Shown here: positions 62,581 to 64,000 of the stretch, piece by piece | Numbering within the stretch: position 1 is the first letter of the stretch | Layout: each line of letters begins with the position of its first letter | Assembly: GCF_000143415.4 (NCBI RefSeq) | Contig: NW_003314299.1 | Location: forward strand, 420,229-484,228 | Length of the DNA stretch: 64,000 bases | Origin: Selaginella moellendorffii | Taxonomy: Eukaryota; Plantae; Lycopodiophyta | Reading direction: 5' to 3' | The notes under the pieces: model-generated | What the model saw: the letters and a program-made list of their open reading frames with translations, nothing else | What the model was told of the DNA's origin: nothing | Database searches by the model: none | Made by a program: the position numbers and the translations under genes

Positions 62581-63735
62581 TCTTTGATACCAAATGTAGC
62601 ACACGTGGTTTTTACCTTTTATCTTATGCTGATTTACTATAAGATAACACCACAAATCAGAACCTAAACCCTCCATATGCCACGTGTCATATGCCATGTG
62701 TCACATGCCACATGTCCATAAGACAGTGGTGTGGAACCCAAGGTTCAAGGCCTTGGGCCATTGAACAAAGGAACGGTGCCAAACTCCTAAGCATGGAGTT
62801 AAGGAGTGATGGAACTGGACCATGGAGCAACTCCTGAGCATACAGCCCAAGAAGCGAAAGGACAGGAGCCTGAAGCAACTTGGAACAGTCCTAGAGTATA
62901 TAACATCCCAATGCCAGACTCCATTTGGCTCCGTTTTGTATGCTAGTCTTGGCACTATTTTGGCATACCGGTGGCCTAACACAAGGACATAGCTAGCATG
63001 GAATGAAACTTGGGCTTAGACCCAGGCCGGACGCAGAACAAAGACACGCACGTAAGCAGGAGCTAAACTATGCCTCAGGTTGGTTGGCCATGCCCAATGT
63101 ACCCACTATCTCTATTATACATTTGGAACCCCCCCCCCCCCCCCCCCTTGCCCCCTTGGAGGAACATATGCTTTGGGCTTTCACCCCAAGCCTCCTTTAG
63201 TATCAGGAGTTAATCTCTAGGACAAACTCAAAACTTACTAAATATGAAATATCCTTAGATTGCGAATTTGGACACGGGACAAACACTATTGTGTTTAACA
63301 CAATCTCTACATTCTGTAAATATGCCAAATGAGCAAATCTAGACACTTTCATAAATAACATTTGGGACCGAAATGAGATTAACACAAAAAACATGATAGT
63401 GAGGGTGTTTGAGAGACACGGTAAGCTATCATCCAGCGATATAGAGGAACTAATTTCAATACGCAAGGGTTCTTGTCAAGCGAGTGCAAGATAGAGCAAA
63501 AGAGAATTAACAAGCCAAGCCAAGTATGTTTGGCTAAATAGACATTTAGGAATTCCTTTCTTACATTCATCTGGCCAAGTATAGATGCAAAGTCCAGTTT
63601 ACTAACACTTGAACAAAAGGGACTAATAAAGGGGTCTAGTAATACTAATTTCCTGCCATCGTGGCAGTAAGGAAAGAGTGTCCATAAAGACTGGCCAACA
63701 GATAACTTTCGATACCCGAAGTCACATTCGCGACA

Positions 63736-63945
63736 AATGGGATCCCTTAGATTTCCATACCACTCCATAAATGGAACCAAGTGGGCTTTCCTGTAGCTAG
63801 CCATCAGGAAGAACGAGGTCAAAATAGTTCCCGACTCTTCTAGTGCTCGCGTCCTTGTACTTGTAAGTGACGCCAACATAAGTGCCATGCTAGGAAGCGA
63901 TCTATCCGGCTTTGAATTGGAGAGAATCCCAATGTAGGCGCCATG
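63736..63945 (-). pseudogene. Lnt-like copy 4, resumed segment; most of exon 1 is deleted and joins directly to upstream sequence
   Basis: SYRKAHLVPFMEWYG continues the gene broken at 50351. At about 63945 the sequence jumps to TGCTTGTTTGAATGTAGGTGG, as at 40405. Confidence 0.85.
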
Positions 63946-64000
63946 CTTGTTTGAATGTAGGTGGTAATTTATATTCTTATTATATTCATCAAAAATTAAA

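Larger units (their letters stand above)
50352..63735 (-). mobile_element. Older, rearranged copy of the LARD-like LTR family (outer element), TSD AATGG
   Basis: TSD at 50347-50351 and 63736-63740. 5' LTR 62595-63735, PBS TGGTATCAAAG at 62582-62592 (-), and a 3' LTR from 50352 that is deleted after about 50880. The interior is homologous to 14436-19097. Confidence 0.9.

Overview
Plant nuclear DNA with four assembly gaps. It is probably a lycophyte such as Selaginella; this is inferred from tandem 31-aa PPR motifs, 50-60 nt introns and a TatI-like retroelement. The window is mainly a tandem segmental duplication with a period of about 9.6 kb and at least four partial or complete copies. Each unit carries a PLS/E-type PPR gene (+), a head-to-head pair of tiny Met-Cys-Phe-starting basic, Gly/Cys(/His)-rich peptide genes, a 5'-truncated calnexin (-), PPR fragments (+) and an apolipoprotein N-acyltransferase (Lnt)-like membrane nitrilase gene (-). 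One Lnt-like copy (38640-40395) splices into an intact 549-aa protein with the Glu-Lys-Cys triad. Most other large-gene copies are pseudogenes. Retroelements interrupt the array: a Ty3/Gypsy pol relic, a Tat-like aRH-RT relic, a truncated Copia fused in frame to calnexin, and three copies of a non-coding (LARD-like) LTR family. One of these three is very young, and one is nested in inverted orientation inside another. The most interesting items are the intron-containing bacterial-type Lnt homologue, the co-amplified N-terminal-Cys peptide pair, and the recently mobile ORF-less LTR element with a structured, G-box-rich LTR end.
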